Assembly (NCBI GenBank): GCA_019058365.1
Contig: JAHPZE010000006.1
Span: forward strand, 1-64,000
Direction: 5' to 3'
Length of the DNA stretch: 64,000 nt
DNA from: Promethearchaeota archaeon
Lineage (GTDB): Archaea > Asgardarchaeota > Lokiarchaeia > Sigyniarchaeales > SOKP01
Below, one piece after another: positions 38,001-47,603 of the stretch. The notes beneath the pieces were generated by a model, which was not told where the DNA came from, searched no databases, and saw only the letters and a list, made by a program, of their open reading frames with translations. The translations under genes and the position numbers were made by a program. How positions within the stretch are numbered: the first letter of the stretch is position 1; every line of letters starts with the position of its first letter.

Positions 38001-39059
38001 ATTGTAGATTCAACATATTTAATAGCTGAATTGGATGGTTCGTCGTACAACGTAGAGGGGTATTTATCAATCTATTCTTATTCCTTCTACAATACTAAAG
38101 AATCTGTAAATAAAACTTTGGCATTTAATAATTATTCTTTTAATAATTATAGGAATAATTTTAACCCAATTAGTACTGATCCCTCAGGATATGCTATTTA
38201 TTACATTATTCCGTCAAATTCAAATTATACTAACCCAAATTCACCTAGATATTCATTTACAATTATCAATAATAATCCTGAAATATTAAAAGCAACTTCT
38301 ACATTCAATTATGGTGGAAAATCCGACATTAGTTTTGCCGATACGGAATCTGACCAAGGTTCTAATGTCTATTCAGCGACTCAAGGAAATACATTTAATT
38401 TTGAAGTTGCTGTATCAGATATTGAAGAAACTGATAAATCTAATTTAAGAGTGTTTGTAAATTTATTTATTTGCTCAGTAACTAGTGATAATTATATCAT
38501 GTTAATTTATCCAAAAACCATTGAAGTAGCTGAATTGCATTATCAACTACTATTGAATAAATTTGAAGGATCCTTTATCATACCAGATACAATGCAATAT
38601 AGCTCTATTACTGGGACTAAATCAATATCAACTGCCGCTGGTTTTGACACTAATACTAATCGAGGATATCTGGGTATTCTTTATATCACAGTTTATGATA
38701 GCGAGGGAGGATATGATGATTTTATAGTTATTTTGATTATTTCTCAAAGACCAATAGACTATTCTCTTATTATCATAATTGTAGTTTCAATAATTGCTCT
38801 AATAGGAGTTGTGAGTACGATAGTATATTACGCAAGAAGGAAAAAATATCCAAGAGTTACCCGGGTTCAACCTTCATCTCAAGAATATTATTACCGCCCA
38901 TCATATGAACGCCCAGAAGAACAGTCATATGTCACACCCGAGCCATTATCTCAACTAGGACAATTTTATTGTCCTTTCTGTGGACAATTAGTTACAACAC
39001 GAAAAAAATTCTGTCCACATTGTGGGGAATCTCTCATGTTTAATGAACAAGAAGAGTAA
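35055..39059 (+). CDS. membrane-anchored S8 subtilase with site-1-protease-like architecture and cytoplasmic zinc ribbon
   Basis: signal anchor, propeptide, VAVIDTG / HGTHVAG / SAGNSG / SGTSMSCP, Ig-like and GATase-like domains, C-terminal TM, FYCPFCG..KFCPHCGE. Confidence 0.92.
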   Translation: MRKIKKSITLLIPAIIFVTYFIIPFIGIQLNSSDPYNPNSNNTIKMDLSPTSFSTQISSNDIVLEDYSEKENSKYDTYLEEFLLNITLAKISNPKEIKIIVHFEESIPKEERVDILDSVFNDYNLVTNYDIISAIYLKINPNQLIEKESIIESNIAITKIYKSRVFQYPYIEDDNLQLSVLDEDNYPNWWISAIGAEDLPYDGSGVKVAVIDTGIYAHPDLTIVNNRNFVTDELPSNYNDDVGHGTHVAGIIAGDGGSSSGKYRGVAPGVLLINARAGNASGLGDVDIISAIEWSSKPTNEGGAGADIISMSFGGGYPIISDSITDAISTAKRDYGVIFVASAGNSGPDYFTGSTPASGVDVIAVGATDIDDELASFSSWGPTFNYIGYPDVVAPGVNIISTESFQSVISDEERYIGDYFDFPGDGDYIPLSGTSMSCPMVTGALAILLEAFPNITPETARIALLEGARKLEDENNDEILKSGAGLINVSASLNYLNSISPDYNNIAKLYPDDLPVKPYDLLHFPGDHQKFNLTIISGQSNTFDIEIPDNIQGVSFSIDKLNITFSEAGISFVELNIQIDKDAFPGVRNFQINLTVGGLVYDTSEITLEIRLPEYRILMESFHGLNDWFPEPFYSFYQIGFYEAMEDLSELNISIDYSMEYWTPDYNKNLNNSILTEERLAQYDLVLLQAPILSYSPLEINNLENYFDNGGNLLFLGTRYQDMVIENINYLFSRLEVDIQINEENVMNDEWLGIGISLDSQSVNEFDNPEIFNGVSQFYWQYGNSFSVSTNAESIATINNTTVAAMFNGTPQGKGQFLAFGDLHWIFDKYELSSYSQDHFTLLKNIIEFLIPKEDVSINIDLSKDRISDPEIGLSIYLKNQTSESPINVSDYTSLDVTISNDSFSKQILLNTSFSDKGIYFNTSYNLPYSSYTPYNIKVNLTIGSENYVKTTKILFFKQSEVPQIIDLTSDLPIDDLSITRSIVDSTYLIAELDGSSYNVEGYLSIYSYSFYNTKESVNKTLAFNNYSFNNYRNNFNPISTDPSGYAIYYIIPSNSNYTNPNSPRYSFTIINNNPEILKATSTFNYGGKSDISFADTESDQGSNVYSATQGNTFNFEVAVSDIEETDKSNLRVFVNLFICSVTSDNYIMLIYPKTIEVAELHYQLLLNKFEGSFIIPDTMQYSSITGTKSISTAAGFDTNTNRGYLGILYITVYDSEGGYDDFIVILIISQRPIDYSLIIIIVVSIIALIGVVSTIVYYARRKKYPRVTRVQPSSQEYYYRPSYERPEEQSYVTPEPLSQLGQFYCPFCGQLVTTRKKFCPHCGESLMFNEQEE

Positions 39060-39089
39060 AATATTTTTAATAATAGAAGTATATTTTCT

Positions 39090-39800
39090 TTATTTTTTAT
39101 TAAATATTAAAACTTCACCATCACGATTTCCTATGTAAACTTTAGTTGTCATTCCAATAAATAAACCCGTATCTACTACTCCAGGAATAAATAGAACTTT
39201 TTTATCTATCTCCTTAGGATTATTAATTTCGCCAAAATCGACATCTATAATAAAATTTCCATTATCTGTAATTAATGGCCCACTTTTTGACTGAGCCATT
39301 CGAAGTTTAGGATTTCCACCTAAATTTTTTAATTTTTTCATAATTGGAAAATACGCCATAGGAATCACTTCAATAGGAACTCCGCCTTTCCAATTCATTC
39401 CTAATTTTTCAGATTTTTTCCTAAAATCTGCTATGATAATAAGTTTCTTTGAATTTGAAGCGATTATTTTCTCTTGTACCAGACAACCTCCTCCACCTTT
39501 AACTAAATTGAGATCTTTATCTATTTCATCTGCACCATCAATATCAACATCAATTTCTGGATATTGTTCTAAAGAAACTAACTCTAATCCATTCTGTATT
39601 ATTAATTGATAAGATTGAAATGAGCTTGGAATACATTTTACATTTAAGTTCTTTTCTTTGTTCATTTCACCTAATCTTTTTACGGCATATATAATAGTTG
39701 ATCCGCTTCCTATCCCAATGATCATATTCTTTTTAACGTTTTCTTCTACAGCTTTTATAGCAGCATTCTTTTTTCCCAATTCAATTAATTCTTCTGTCAA
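39090..39800 (-). CDS. rpiA: ribose-5-phosphate isomerase A
   Basis: GIGSGST, DGADEID, KGGGGCL..EKI, PIEV, TDNGN, PGVVDTGLF; TTG 39800 after GTGA. Confidence 0.97.
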   Translation of the reverse strand: MTEELIELGKKNAAIKAVEENVKKNMIIGIGSGSTIIYAVKRLGEMNKEKNLNVKCIPSSFQSYQLIIQNGLELVSLEQYPEIDVDIDGADEIDKDLNLVKGGGGCLVQEKIIASNSKKLIIIADFRKKSEKLGMNWKGGVPIEVIPMAYFPIMKKLKNLGGNPKLRMAQSKSGPLITDNGNFIIDVDFGEINNPKEIDKKVLFIPGVVDTGLFIGMTTKVYIGNRDGEVLIFNKK

Positions 39801-39819
39801 AATTATCACTTAAAGTCTA

Positions 39820-40224
39820 TTATTTTAAAAGATCTAAAATCCTAATCGCTAAAAGGGCAGCGTTATCTCCCCTATCAATACCAACACTTGCAACGGGAAC
39901 TCCTGGAGGCATCTGAACTATAGATAACAATGCGTCTAATCCACCTAATTTAGCACTTACAGGAACTCCTATAACTGGCTTATTAGTTTTCGATGCAATT
40001 ACCCCTGGTAAAGCAGCAGAAAGACCAGCAACTGCAATATAGACTAACGAATCACAATTCTTAAGATAAGTATCTAACTTTTCATGATCTCTGTGTGCGG
40101 ATATAACCTTTAACTCATATGAAATATTATTTTCCCTTAAAATCTTTTCTGCTTTCTCGTACACTTGTTTATCAGAAGTACTCCCCGCTATAATTGAAAC
40201 TAAAGTTTTATTAGGAATTGACAT
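39820..40224 (-). CDS. purE: AIR carboxylase / N5-CAIR mutase
   Basis: [42 protein letters not shown]. Confidence 0.95.
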   Translation of the reverse strand: MSIPNKTLVSIIAGSTSDKQVYEKAEKILRENNISYELKVISAHRDHEKLDTYLKNCDSLVYIAVAGLSAALPGVIASKTNKPVIGVPVSAKLGGLDALLSIVQMPPGVPVASVGIDRGDNAALLAIRILDLLK

Positions 40225-40384
40225 AATTAATCTAACTCATCGAATAATAAAAAGTATTTTAATAGGTTCTTAATAGTTGTAATAACTTTGCTATAAAGGA
40301 AAGTTTTATTATTTTTTTTTAATTCTATAAATTAATATTCAAAATTAGAAAATTAATTTAAAAAAAATTCAGAGGGATATTTAA

Positions 40385-41668
40385 ATGGAAATGAAAGAAG
40401 TTTGGTTAATTGATTATGCGAGAACTGCATTCTCTCGTTCAAGACCAAAAGAACCAGAGAGAGATGTTTTTGGTGAGATTCGTGGCGATGAGCTCTTAGC
40501 TACACTGATTATGAAATTTTTTGATGAAAAACTTGCTAACAAAGGAATAAAGAAAGAAGAAATTGATGAATTCACAGTAGGAACCGCTATGGGTGTATAT
40601 GAAGCCTGGACATATGGAGGACGATTACCATTATTTCTAGCAGATTTCCCTGCGCATGTTCCTGCTTTGTTCGTAGATCGTCAATGTGGTTCTGCTGGTT
40701 CTGGAACGCATGTGGGTATTATGGAAATTATGACGGGTCATAGTAAAATTTGTTTAGCAGGAGGCGTAGAACACATGACTAGAATTCCCATGCAGAATGA
40801 TTGGATTCGTCCAAACCTAGCGATGATTAACAAAAAGAGTGACTGGTATAGACCTCAATATGACTTGATGACTACAATTAATATGATTCAAACTGCACAA
40901 AAACTCTATGAGGAAGAAATGCCTGCTTTTACAAAGGAAGATCTGGATAAATTTGGAGTCAGAGCTCATAATCTAACAGTTGAAAATCAAGAAAAGGGCT
41001 GGTTTAAGGGTGAAATCATCCCTATTGAGGGTCATGTTGAAGGGAATGTTGAAGAACCACTAATGGTCGACAAAGATATGGCAGCAAGAAAATCTACTTT
41101 AGACAGGGTTGCTCAGTTACCTAGATTATCAAAACCTTTTTATTTGGAAAAGAATGGGGGAAGACAGGGATACATTGATCGCGAAGGAACAAAAGATGGT
41201 GTAATTACTCCTGGAAATTCTTCACCCCTAAATGCTGGAGCCACTACATGTTTAATGATGGAAGCAGAAGAAGCAAAAAAGAGAGGACTTGAACCATTAG
41301 CTAGAATTGTATCAATTGGTTGGGCCGCTGTAGATCCATCAGTTATGGGAAGAGGTCCAGTTCCTGCCACTCAAAAAGCATTAGAATATGCGGGATTAAC
41401 TGCAGATGATATAGATTATTGGGAAATTAATGAAGCATTCACAATAGTAACTCTTAACTGTATGAAAGCATTCAATATTCCTGAAGAAAAAGTTAATGTA
41501 ATGGGCGGATCTACTGCAATTGGACATCCTTTAGGTGCCACAATGATAAGACTGCCAGGTACTGTTGCTCGCATCTTAAAAGACAAAAAAGCTAAATATG
41601 GTGTTGCAAATGCTTGTTGCGGTGGTGGGCAAGGTGTTGCAACTGTCTTAGAAAATTTAGATGCCTAA
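40385..41668 (+). CDS. thiolase (acetyl-CoA C-acyltransferase)
   Basis: DRQCGS, GGVEHM, TPGNSSPLNAGA, EINEAF, GHPLGAT, CCGGGQG. Confidence 0.96.
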   Translation: MEMKEVWLIDYARTAFSRSRPKEPERDVFGEIRGDELLATLIMKFFDEKLANKGIKKEEIDEFTVGTAMGVYEAWTYGGRLPLFLADFPAHVPALFVDRQCGSAGSGTHVGIMEIMTGHSKICLAGGVEHMTRIPMQNDWIRPNLAMINKKSDWYRPQYDLMTTINMIQTAQKLYEEEMPAFTKEDLDKFGVRAHNLTVENQEKGWFKGEIIPIEGHVEGNVEEPLMVDKDMAARKSTLDRVAQLPRLSKPFYLEKNGGRQGYIDREGTKDGVITPGNSSPLNAGATTCLMMEAEEAKKRGLEPLARIVSIGWAAVDPSVMGRGPVPATQKALEYAGLTADDIDYWEINEAFTIVTLNCMKAFNIPEEKVNVMGGSTAIGHPLGATMIRLPGTVARILKDKKAKYGVANACCGGGQGVATVLENLDA

Positions 41669-41859
41669 AATCTCAAAAATATTAAGCTAAAAAGATTTTT
41701 TTTACTTTTTTTTTGTTTTTTTCTACAATTATTCAATATTGATTTTATTTGGGCTTTAATTAAGAAGTCTTTTCTATTTTTATGTTTTCTGCGAAATATT
41801 TAAATACTAACCTATATCAAATGATCTTACAAGATAATTAAAATGTAAGTGAAATCATT

Positions 41860-42066
41860 ATGACCGTATATAAATCAATTCAACTCGTTGCAACGAGTGA
41901 TAAAAATTGGGCTGATGCTGTAAAAAACGCTTATGATGAAGCCAAGAAATCTCTACGAGGGATTAGGAACATTCAAATTGTTGAATCTGATGTTAAGGTA
42001 AAAGAAGATATTGACAAGCTAATTTACAGAGTTAGAGTCCAAGTAAATTTCCAACTAGAAAGATAA
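41860..42066 (+). CDS. dodecin family flavin-binding protein
   Basis: VYKSIQLVATSDKNWADAVKNA..A.KSLRGI..YRVRVQVNF. Confidence 0.9.
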   Translation: MTVYKSIQLVATSDKNWADAVKNAYDEAKKSLRGIRNIQIVESDVKVKEDIDKLIYRVRVQVNFQLER

Positions 42067-42226
42067 AATTTTCAAATAGTTCTTATTTTTTTCTTTTTCT
42101 TTTTATCTTTATCCAGTTATTTAGACTATTTTTTGTTAGATATACCAGAATTTTATAAATCCTATTGTCAAATTTTAAATATTACGAGTTCTATTTAGAT
42201 TTTAATAAATTAAAGGAAGGGTAATT

Positions 42227-42355
42227 ATGTTTCAGTCAAACATCATTGGGGATTTATTTTCTGATCCTCGTGTATTGCAATATATAATTGGGGGAGTAAT
42301 TTTAATAATAGTCTTTATACTTTGTTATGCTTTACATAGAAAATTAACATCTTAA
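42227..42355 (+). CDS. 42-aa single-pass membrane microprotein
   Basis: MFQSNIIGDLFSDPRVLQYIIGGVILIIVFILCYALHRKLTS; AAGGAAGGG upstream; TM followed by HRK; below the ORF-track cutoff. Confidence 0.7.
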   Translation: MFQSNIIGDLFSDPRVLQYIIGGVILIIVFILCYALHRKLTS

Positions 42356-42379
42356 AATTTAAAAACATTTCGTGTCATT

Positions 42380-42904
42380 TCAATTGATTTTCATTCTTTT
42401 TATCTGATCTAGCTTTTGTCTTATTTGAGATTGTGCAGCTAACGCATAAGAAAAACTAGGATCAATTTCTAAGGCTTTTTCATAATAAATTAAAGCTTCC
42501 TCATACATTTCCGTTGCTTCATATATTAAACCTAAATTATATAAACAATACTTATAATCTGGTTTAATTTTTAATGCGGTTTCGAAAGAATTTTTAGCAT
42601 TTTCTATTTGATTCAGATTGAAATAAGCAATACCTAGGTTATAATGAGCTCTATAATTTTTTGGACTCAGTTCAGTTATCCTCTTAAATGATTCTTTAGC
42701 TTTCTCAAATTCTAGAATATAGGAATCATTGAGATACCCTCCATAATTAAATAAAGTTTCAATTAAAATATTTTTAACTTCTTCAGAATTAGGATTGATT
42801 TTATATAGTTCATCTAAGATTTCTAAAGCTTCTTCATACATCTCTTGACTTTTTAAAATTTTCGCTTTTTCAATAAGATCTTTAGTTTTATTACGTTTTT
42901 CCAT
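42380..42904 (-). CDS. tetratricopeptide repeat protein
   Basis: AHYNLGIAY..A..FETALKIKP, LYNLGLIY..A..YEKALEIDP. Confidence 0.92.
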   Translation of the reverse strand: MEKRNKTKDLIEKAKILKSQEMYEEALEILDELYKINPNSEEVKNILIETLFNYGGYLNDSYILEFEKAKESFKRITELSPKNYRAHYNLGIAYFNLNQIENAKNSFETALKIKPDYKYCLYNLGLIYEATEMYEEALIYYEKALEIDPSFSYALAAQSQIRQKLDQIKRMKIN

Positions 42905-42953
42905 AGGAATATTCACAGTATTTATAATTAATTAGAAGAGATTAATCTTTAAT

Positions 42954-43418
42954 CTAGATCTCATTTTCGTACCAGATATATTTTGATTTCTTTATTCCTA
43001 ATTTTAAAAATAAGCTTCTTAAAGCCCCATCTTCGTCTGGACAAATAAAATGAACTTTATCAATTTTTAAGGATCTCTTAATATATAATTGAAGCTCTCG
43101 CATTATTTTTTCTTCGATTCCTCTCTTGAATGAATCTTCTTTTCTTGTTAAGACTTGATGGATTAAAACTCTATCATTACCTAAATAATCTCGAAATAAT
43201 GTATAGGTTCCAAAACCTATGATTTTCCCATCTTCTTTTGCTATAATCATCGAATTTCTATATTGAAGATCAAGACTCCTCCGATTCAACTCTTCCTCAA
43301 ATTTATTCCAATGTGAGAAGAAATAAGACTTATTTTCAATAAAATCTTTAAAAATTTCCTTCAAAGCCTCTTTATCTACTCTTGGGTCATATCTATCAAT
43401 TATAATCAAATTTTTCAC
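42954..43418 (-). CDS. GNAT-fold-like protein
   Basis: IIAKEDGKIIGFG, IHQVLT..FKRGIEEKIM, LFLKLG. Confidence 0.65.
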   Translation of the reverse strand: MKNLIIIDRYDPRVDKEALKEIFKDFIENKSYFFSHWNKFEEELNRRSLDLQYRNSMIIAKEDGKIIGFGTYTLFRDYLGNDRVLIHQVLTRKEDSFKRGIEEKIMRELQLYIKRSLKIDKVHFICPDEDGALRSLFLKLGIKKSKYIWYENEI

Positions 43419-43501
43419 CGTAGGAAATATTGTAATTATTAATATCTATTCTTTAATAAAAATTATTTTTTAAAACTTAGAATTATTCTCAATGATATAA
43501 T

Positions 43502-44017
43502 ATGAATCAAAAAAATGATGAAAAAATCGTCTCAATTCCTTTAAAAAAGTTGAGAAGGAATACAATTATTCCAAAACCATCAAAACTCGGAGATGCAGGT
43601 GCGGATGCTCGAATTATGGGTTTTAAAAAGATTATTCATGAAAATGATAAAAAAGAATTAATCGAAATTAGTACAGATACTTATACATTAAAACCTCTTG
43701 AAAGAATTGGATGTCCATTAGGATTCTCAACAGCCATACCAGAAGGATATTACTTTAACGTAGTTCCTCGAAGTGGATTAGCCTTATGGGATGGACTGTC
43801 TATTGTAAATTCTCCCGGAATTATCGATTCCGGGTATAGAAATGAGTGGATGGCAATAATAATCAACCTATCTAATAAAGAGGTGACATTGAAAAAAGGA
43901 GAAAGAATTTGCCAAATCATCTTATCGAAAATGTGCAATTATGAATTTTCTGAAACAGATAATCTAACTCAATCAGAACGCGGACAAGGAGGATTTGGGA
44001 GCACAGGAAAAAAGTGA
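43502..44017 (+). CDS. dut: trimeric dUTP diphosphatase
   Basis: DAGAD, PRSGLA, NSPGIIDSGYR, GERICQ, RGQGGFGSTG. Confidence 0.96.
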   Translation: MNQKNDEKIVSIPLKKLRRNTIIPKPSKLGDAGADARIMGFKKIIHENDKKELIEISTDTYTLKPLERIGCPLGFSTAIPEGYYFNVVPRSGLALWDGLSIVNSPGIIDSGYRNEWMAIIINLSNKEVTLKKGERICQIILSKMCNYEFSETDNLTQSERGQGGFGSTGKK

Positions 44018-44056
44018 ATGAAAAATTATTTACATTTTTAAAGGAAAAATTCTATT

Positions 44057-44275
44057 ATGTCTGAATTAACTCGTGATGAAGTATTCATAATTGAGAAATT
44101 AAAAGACAATGGTGGTAAAATGAGTTATAAGGAATTGCAAGCTCTGTGTGAGGAAAAGTTTGAAGATGTCAGACTAATTTTAAAAAAATTGAAGGAGCAA
44201 AAATATGTTGAGTATGAAGGTGTGATACCTGGTTTTTCAGCTGAAATTGAGTTATTGCGAGATAAAGAGATTTAA
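44057..44275 (+). CDS. small winged-helix protein
   Basis: EVFIIEKLKDNGGKMSYKELQ..VRLILKKLKEQKYV. Confidence 0.7.
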   Translation: MSELTRDEVFIIEKLKDNGGKMSYKELQALCEEKFEDVRLILKKLKEQKYVEYEGVIPGFSAEIELLRDKEI

Positions 44276-44347
44276 TAAATTTCTCAATCGTAACCCTTAT
44301 GTTGTTTTTTTAATTTCTTTTAGTACTACTTTAGTTGAAAATAAACT

Positions 44348-45856
44348 ATGAGTGAAAATAATTCAGAATCCATAAAAGATAATTTTATCGAAAAAATTCT
44401 AAACCCTAAGAGTATCTGTGTTTTTGGTGCAAATAATAATCTTATGACAACAATGGGCTCAATGCAACTACGAAATATTATCGCTGGAGGCGGATTCAAT
44501 GGAAATATTTTCCCTGTACATCCAAGATTGGAAAAAGTTCAAGGGATTAAAGCTTATCAATCTATTTTCGATATCCCAATAATACCAGACTTAGCATTTA
44601 TCATATTACCAACTAGAATTGTACCCCAAGTAATGGAAGAATGTGGTCAAAAGGGTGTAAAAAATTTAATAATTACATCAGGTGGTTTTCGAGAGAGTGG
44701 ATCTGATGGAATTGAATTATCTAAACAAATTGATGAAATAGCTAAGAAATATAACATGAGATTTATTGGTCCTAACTGTTTAGGCATATATAATGGGTGG
44801 TATGGTTATCCCGACAAAAAAAATGCTTATTTTAACACTTTTTGGATTTATCTTCCGCATAAACGAGGAAATATCTCAATTATTAGTCAATCTGGTACTG
44901 TGGCGGCTCAAACTGCTTTTCATACCAATGATTTAGGAATTAAAATTGGAAAATCTATTTCTGTTGGAAATGAAAGAAATATAGATTTAGTTGATGTATT
45001 AAAATATTTAAAAAATGATCCTCTTACTGATGTAATCGGACTTTATATCGAAGAAATTAAACAAGGAAGGCAATTTATTAAATTAGTAAAAGAAATAACA
45101 CCTAAGAAACCCATAGTTGCAATTTATGCTGGAGGGACAAAAGCAGCAGCAAGATCTATAATGAGCCATACGGGATCAATTAGTGCTGATAGTAAAATCT
45201 ATGAAGCTGTATTTAAAGAAACGGGTATAATTTCTACTAATTCCATTATGGATTTCTTGTATTATCTTAGAACTTTATCCCAAGCACAGTCATATAACAT
45301 CTTTCCAAGAGGAAATAGAATAGGAATTATAACTGATTCTGGAGGTCCTGGTGCAATGATGACCAAAACTGCTGAATTGTATGGATTGGAAGTACCAGAA
45401 TTTTCACAAGAATTACAATCAGAAATTAAAAAGTATATTCCTAAAACAGCAAGCTCAGTGAATCCTGTTGACATTACTTTTCATGAGAACTTTATGAATA
45501 TGTTTATAAAATTCCCAAAATTATTAATGAAATCTCACGAAATCGATGCAGTTATTGTGTTTGGTGTTTATGATTTTGATGATATAATGAACGTTATTGA
45601 AAAATCTGGGATGAAACTTGATGAAAACATGAAAAATATGAGAGAAGTATTTGAAACTATGGTTCCAAAATCTATAAAAAGCTTAATGAAGAAATATTCA
45701 ATACCGGTGTTTTTTGCAGGTCCATATCCATATAGATATCCTTGGATGCAAAAATTTGTAGAACATGATCTCCCTATTTTTAGCATGTGGGATGATATAA
45801 CTAAATGCTTTAACATTTTATGTCGTTATGCCGAATATCGAAACAAACTTTCGTGA
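44348..45856 (+). CDS. acyl-CoA synthetase (NDP-forming) alpha-subunit family, paralog 1
   Basis: NPKSICVFGA, GGFRE, IGPNCLG, SQSG, GNE, SHTGS phospho-His, DSGGPG, NPVD. Confidence 0.92.
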   Translation: MSENNSESIKDNFIEKILNPKSICVFGANNNLMTTMGSMQLRNIIAGGGFNGNIFPVHPRLEKVQGIKAYQSIFDIPIIPDLAFIILPTRIVPQVMEECGQKGVKNLIITSGGFRESGSDGIELSKQIDEIAKKYNMRFIGPNCLGIYNGWYGYPDKKNAYFNTFWIYLPHKRGNISIISQSGTVAAQTAFHTNDLGIKIGKSISVGNERNIDLVDVLKYLKNDPLTDVIGLYIEEIKQGRQFIKLVKEITPKKPIVAIYAGGTKAAARSIMSHTGSISADSKIYEAVFKETGIISTNSIMDFLYYLRTLSQAQSYNIFPRGNRIGIITDSGGPGAMMTKTAELYGLEVPEFSQELQSEIKKYIPKTASSVNPVDITFHENFMNMFIKFPKLLMKSHEIDAVIVFGVYDFDDIMNVIEKSGMKLDENMKNMREVFETMVPKSIKSLMKKYSIPVFFAGPYPYRYPWMQKFVEHDLPIFSMWDDITKCFNILCRYAEYRNKLS

Positions 45857-45962
45857 TAATTTATTTTATCTAATTTTTCTAATGAATCAATATTAATTAT
45901 TAATTATATTCAAATTTTTATTTTAATTATCTTAAATAATCTATAAAATAAATATGTAGAAT

Positions 45963-47486
45963 TTGACTGAAATCAATAGAAACATTTCAAAGAATCATTT
46001 TCTTCATCGCTTTTTGAATCCAGAGAGTATTGCAGTTTTTGGAGCATCTAATTCCTTTTTAGATAATATGGGTGCTATGATGCTTCGAAACATTATATTT
46101 GGTGGATTTCCAAAAGAAAAAATTTATCCTATACATCCTAAATTGGAAGATATTCAGGGTTTAAAGGCCTATAAATCAATATTAGATCTTTCAGAAACTC
46201 CAGATTTGGCTTTTCTCATTTTAAAACCCAATCATGTTCCAAAAGTATTGGAAGAATGTGGAAAAAAAGGAGTAAAACGAGTAATAATAGTATCAGGAGG
46301 ATTTCGAGAATTTGGTTCTGAAGGGATTCAGCTTTCTAATGAAATTCTCGAGATAACTAGAAAATATGATATTAGATTTATTGGTCCAAACTGTTTAGGA
46401 GTTTATAACGCATTTTATAATTATCCTGAATTTGAAGATAAATGCTTGAATACAATGTGGATATATGAAACTCCTGAACGAGGTAATATTTCCATTATTG
46501 CTCATTCTGGAACAGTTGCATCCCATGTCTTTTGGTATTGTAATAGAATTGGAGTAAAAATAGGAAAATCACTTTCTATTGGCAATGAAGAAAACATAGA
46601 TTTAGTTGATTTTTTGGATTATCTCAAAGATGATCCAGAGACCGATGTTATTGGCTTATATATTGAAGAAGTAAAGAAGGGAAAAGAATTTATAAATATA
46701 GTAAAGAAAATTACCCCTAAAAAACCAATTGTCGCTATTTATGCTGGAGGAACAGAAGCGGCTTCGCGCTCAATCATGGGACATACAGGTTCGATTGCGG
46801 GAGATAATCAAATTTTTGAAGCAGTGTTTAAAGAAACAGGCATCATTTCTACTGATTCAATTAAAGAATTTTTTTATTACTTAAGAGTATTTTCACATAA
46901 TATTATCCCAAAAGGCAATAGGTTAGGAATAATAACAGATTCAGGAGGATGTGGTGCGATGATGGCAAAGGTTGCTGAGAAAATAGGTTTGGTGGTACCT
47001 GAATTTTCAGATGAATTAAAAGGTATATTAAAACAGTATGTTCCACCTGTAGCAAATATTGATAATCCTTTAGATTTAACTTTTCAATTCAATCAATACA
47101 ATCTCTATGTAAAAATTCCAAAAGCCATGATAAATTCTGGTGAAGTTGATGGAATAATTATCTATGCTGCATTTGGTTTTGAAGAAATTTTAGATATAAT
47201 TAAAGCCTCAGGTGGTAAAATTTATGAAGAATTTGAGATATCTAATGAAATGATGAAAGGTCTATATTTAAAACCAATTCAAAGGCTAGTGAAGAAGAAA
47301 GGAGTTCCTGTTTTTTATATTGGTCCACAAGGGTATTCGAATCCATGGGTTAGAGAATTCATTAATTCAAATATTCCTATTTTTGATTTGTGGGATATGC
47401 CTGTGAAATGTTTTTCAGTTCTGGTTGATTATTCTAAATATCGAAAAAAACTCGATTCAAAATTTGAAAATTTAAAATTTAATTAG
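45963..47486 (+). CDS. acyl-CoA synthetase (NDP-forming) alpha-subunit family, paralog 2
   Basis: NPESIAVFGA, GGFRE, IGPNCLG, GHTGS, DSGGCG, NPLD; tandem paralog of 44348..45856. Confidence 0.92.
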   Translation: MTEINRNISKNHFLHRFLNPESIAVFGASNSFLDNMGAMMLRNIIFGGFPKEKIYPIHPKLEDIQGLKAYKSILDLSETPDLAFLILKPNHVPKVLEECGKKGVKRVIIVSGGFREFGSEGIQLSNEILEITRKYDIRFIGPNCLGVYNAFYNYPEFEDKCLNTMWIYETPERGNISIIAHSGTVASHVFWYCNRIGVKIGKSLSIGNEENIDLVDFLDYLKDDPETDVIGLYIEEVKKGKEFINIVKKITPKKPIVAIYAGGTEAASRSIMGHTGSIAGDNQIFEAVFKETGIISTDSIKEFFYYLRVFSHNIIPKGNRLGIITDSGGCGAMMAKVAEKIGLVVPEFSDELKGILKQYVPPVANIDNPLDLTFQFNQYNLYVKIPKAMINSGEVDGIIIYAAFGFEEILDIIKASGGKIYEEFEISNEMMKGLYLKPIQRLVKKKGVPVFYIGPQGYSNPWVREFINSNIPIFDLWDMPVKCFSVLVDYSKYRKKLDSKFENLKFN

Positions 47487-47603
47487 TTAATTCTCTACTC
47501 ATTTCACTAATTATTTATATGTTTTTTATCTATAATTATTAGAATTACTTTAAAAGTTATATCAGATATAAGGAAATTAAATTATAATAAAGCGGTTTTC
47601 TAT

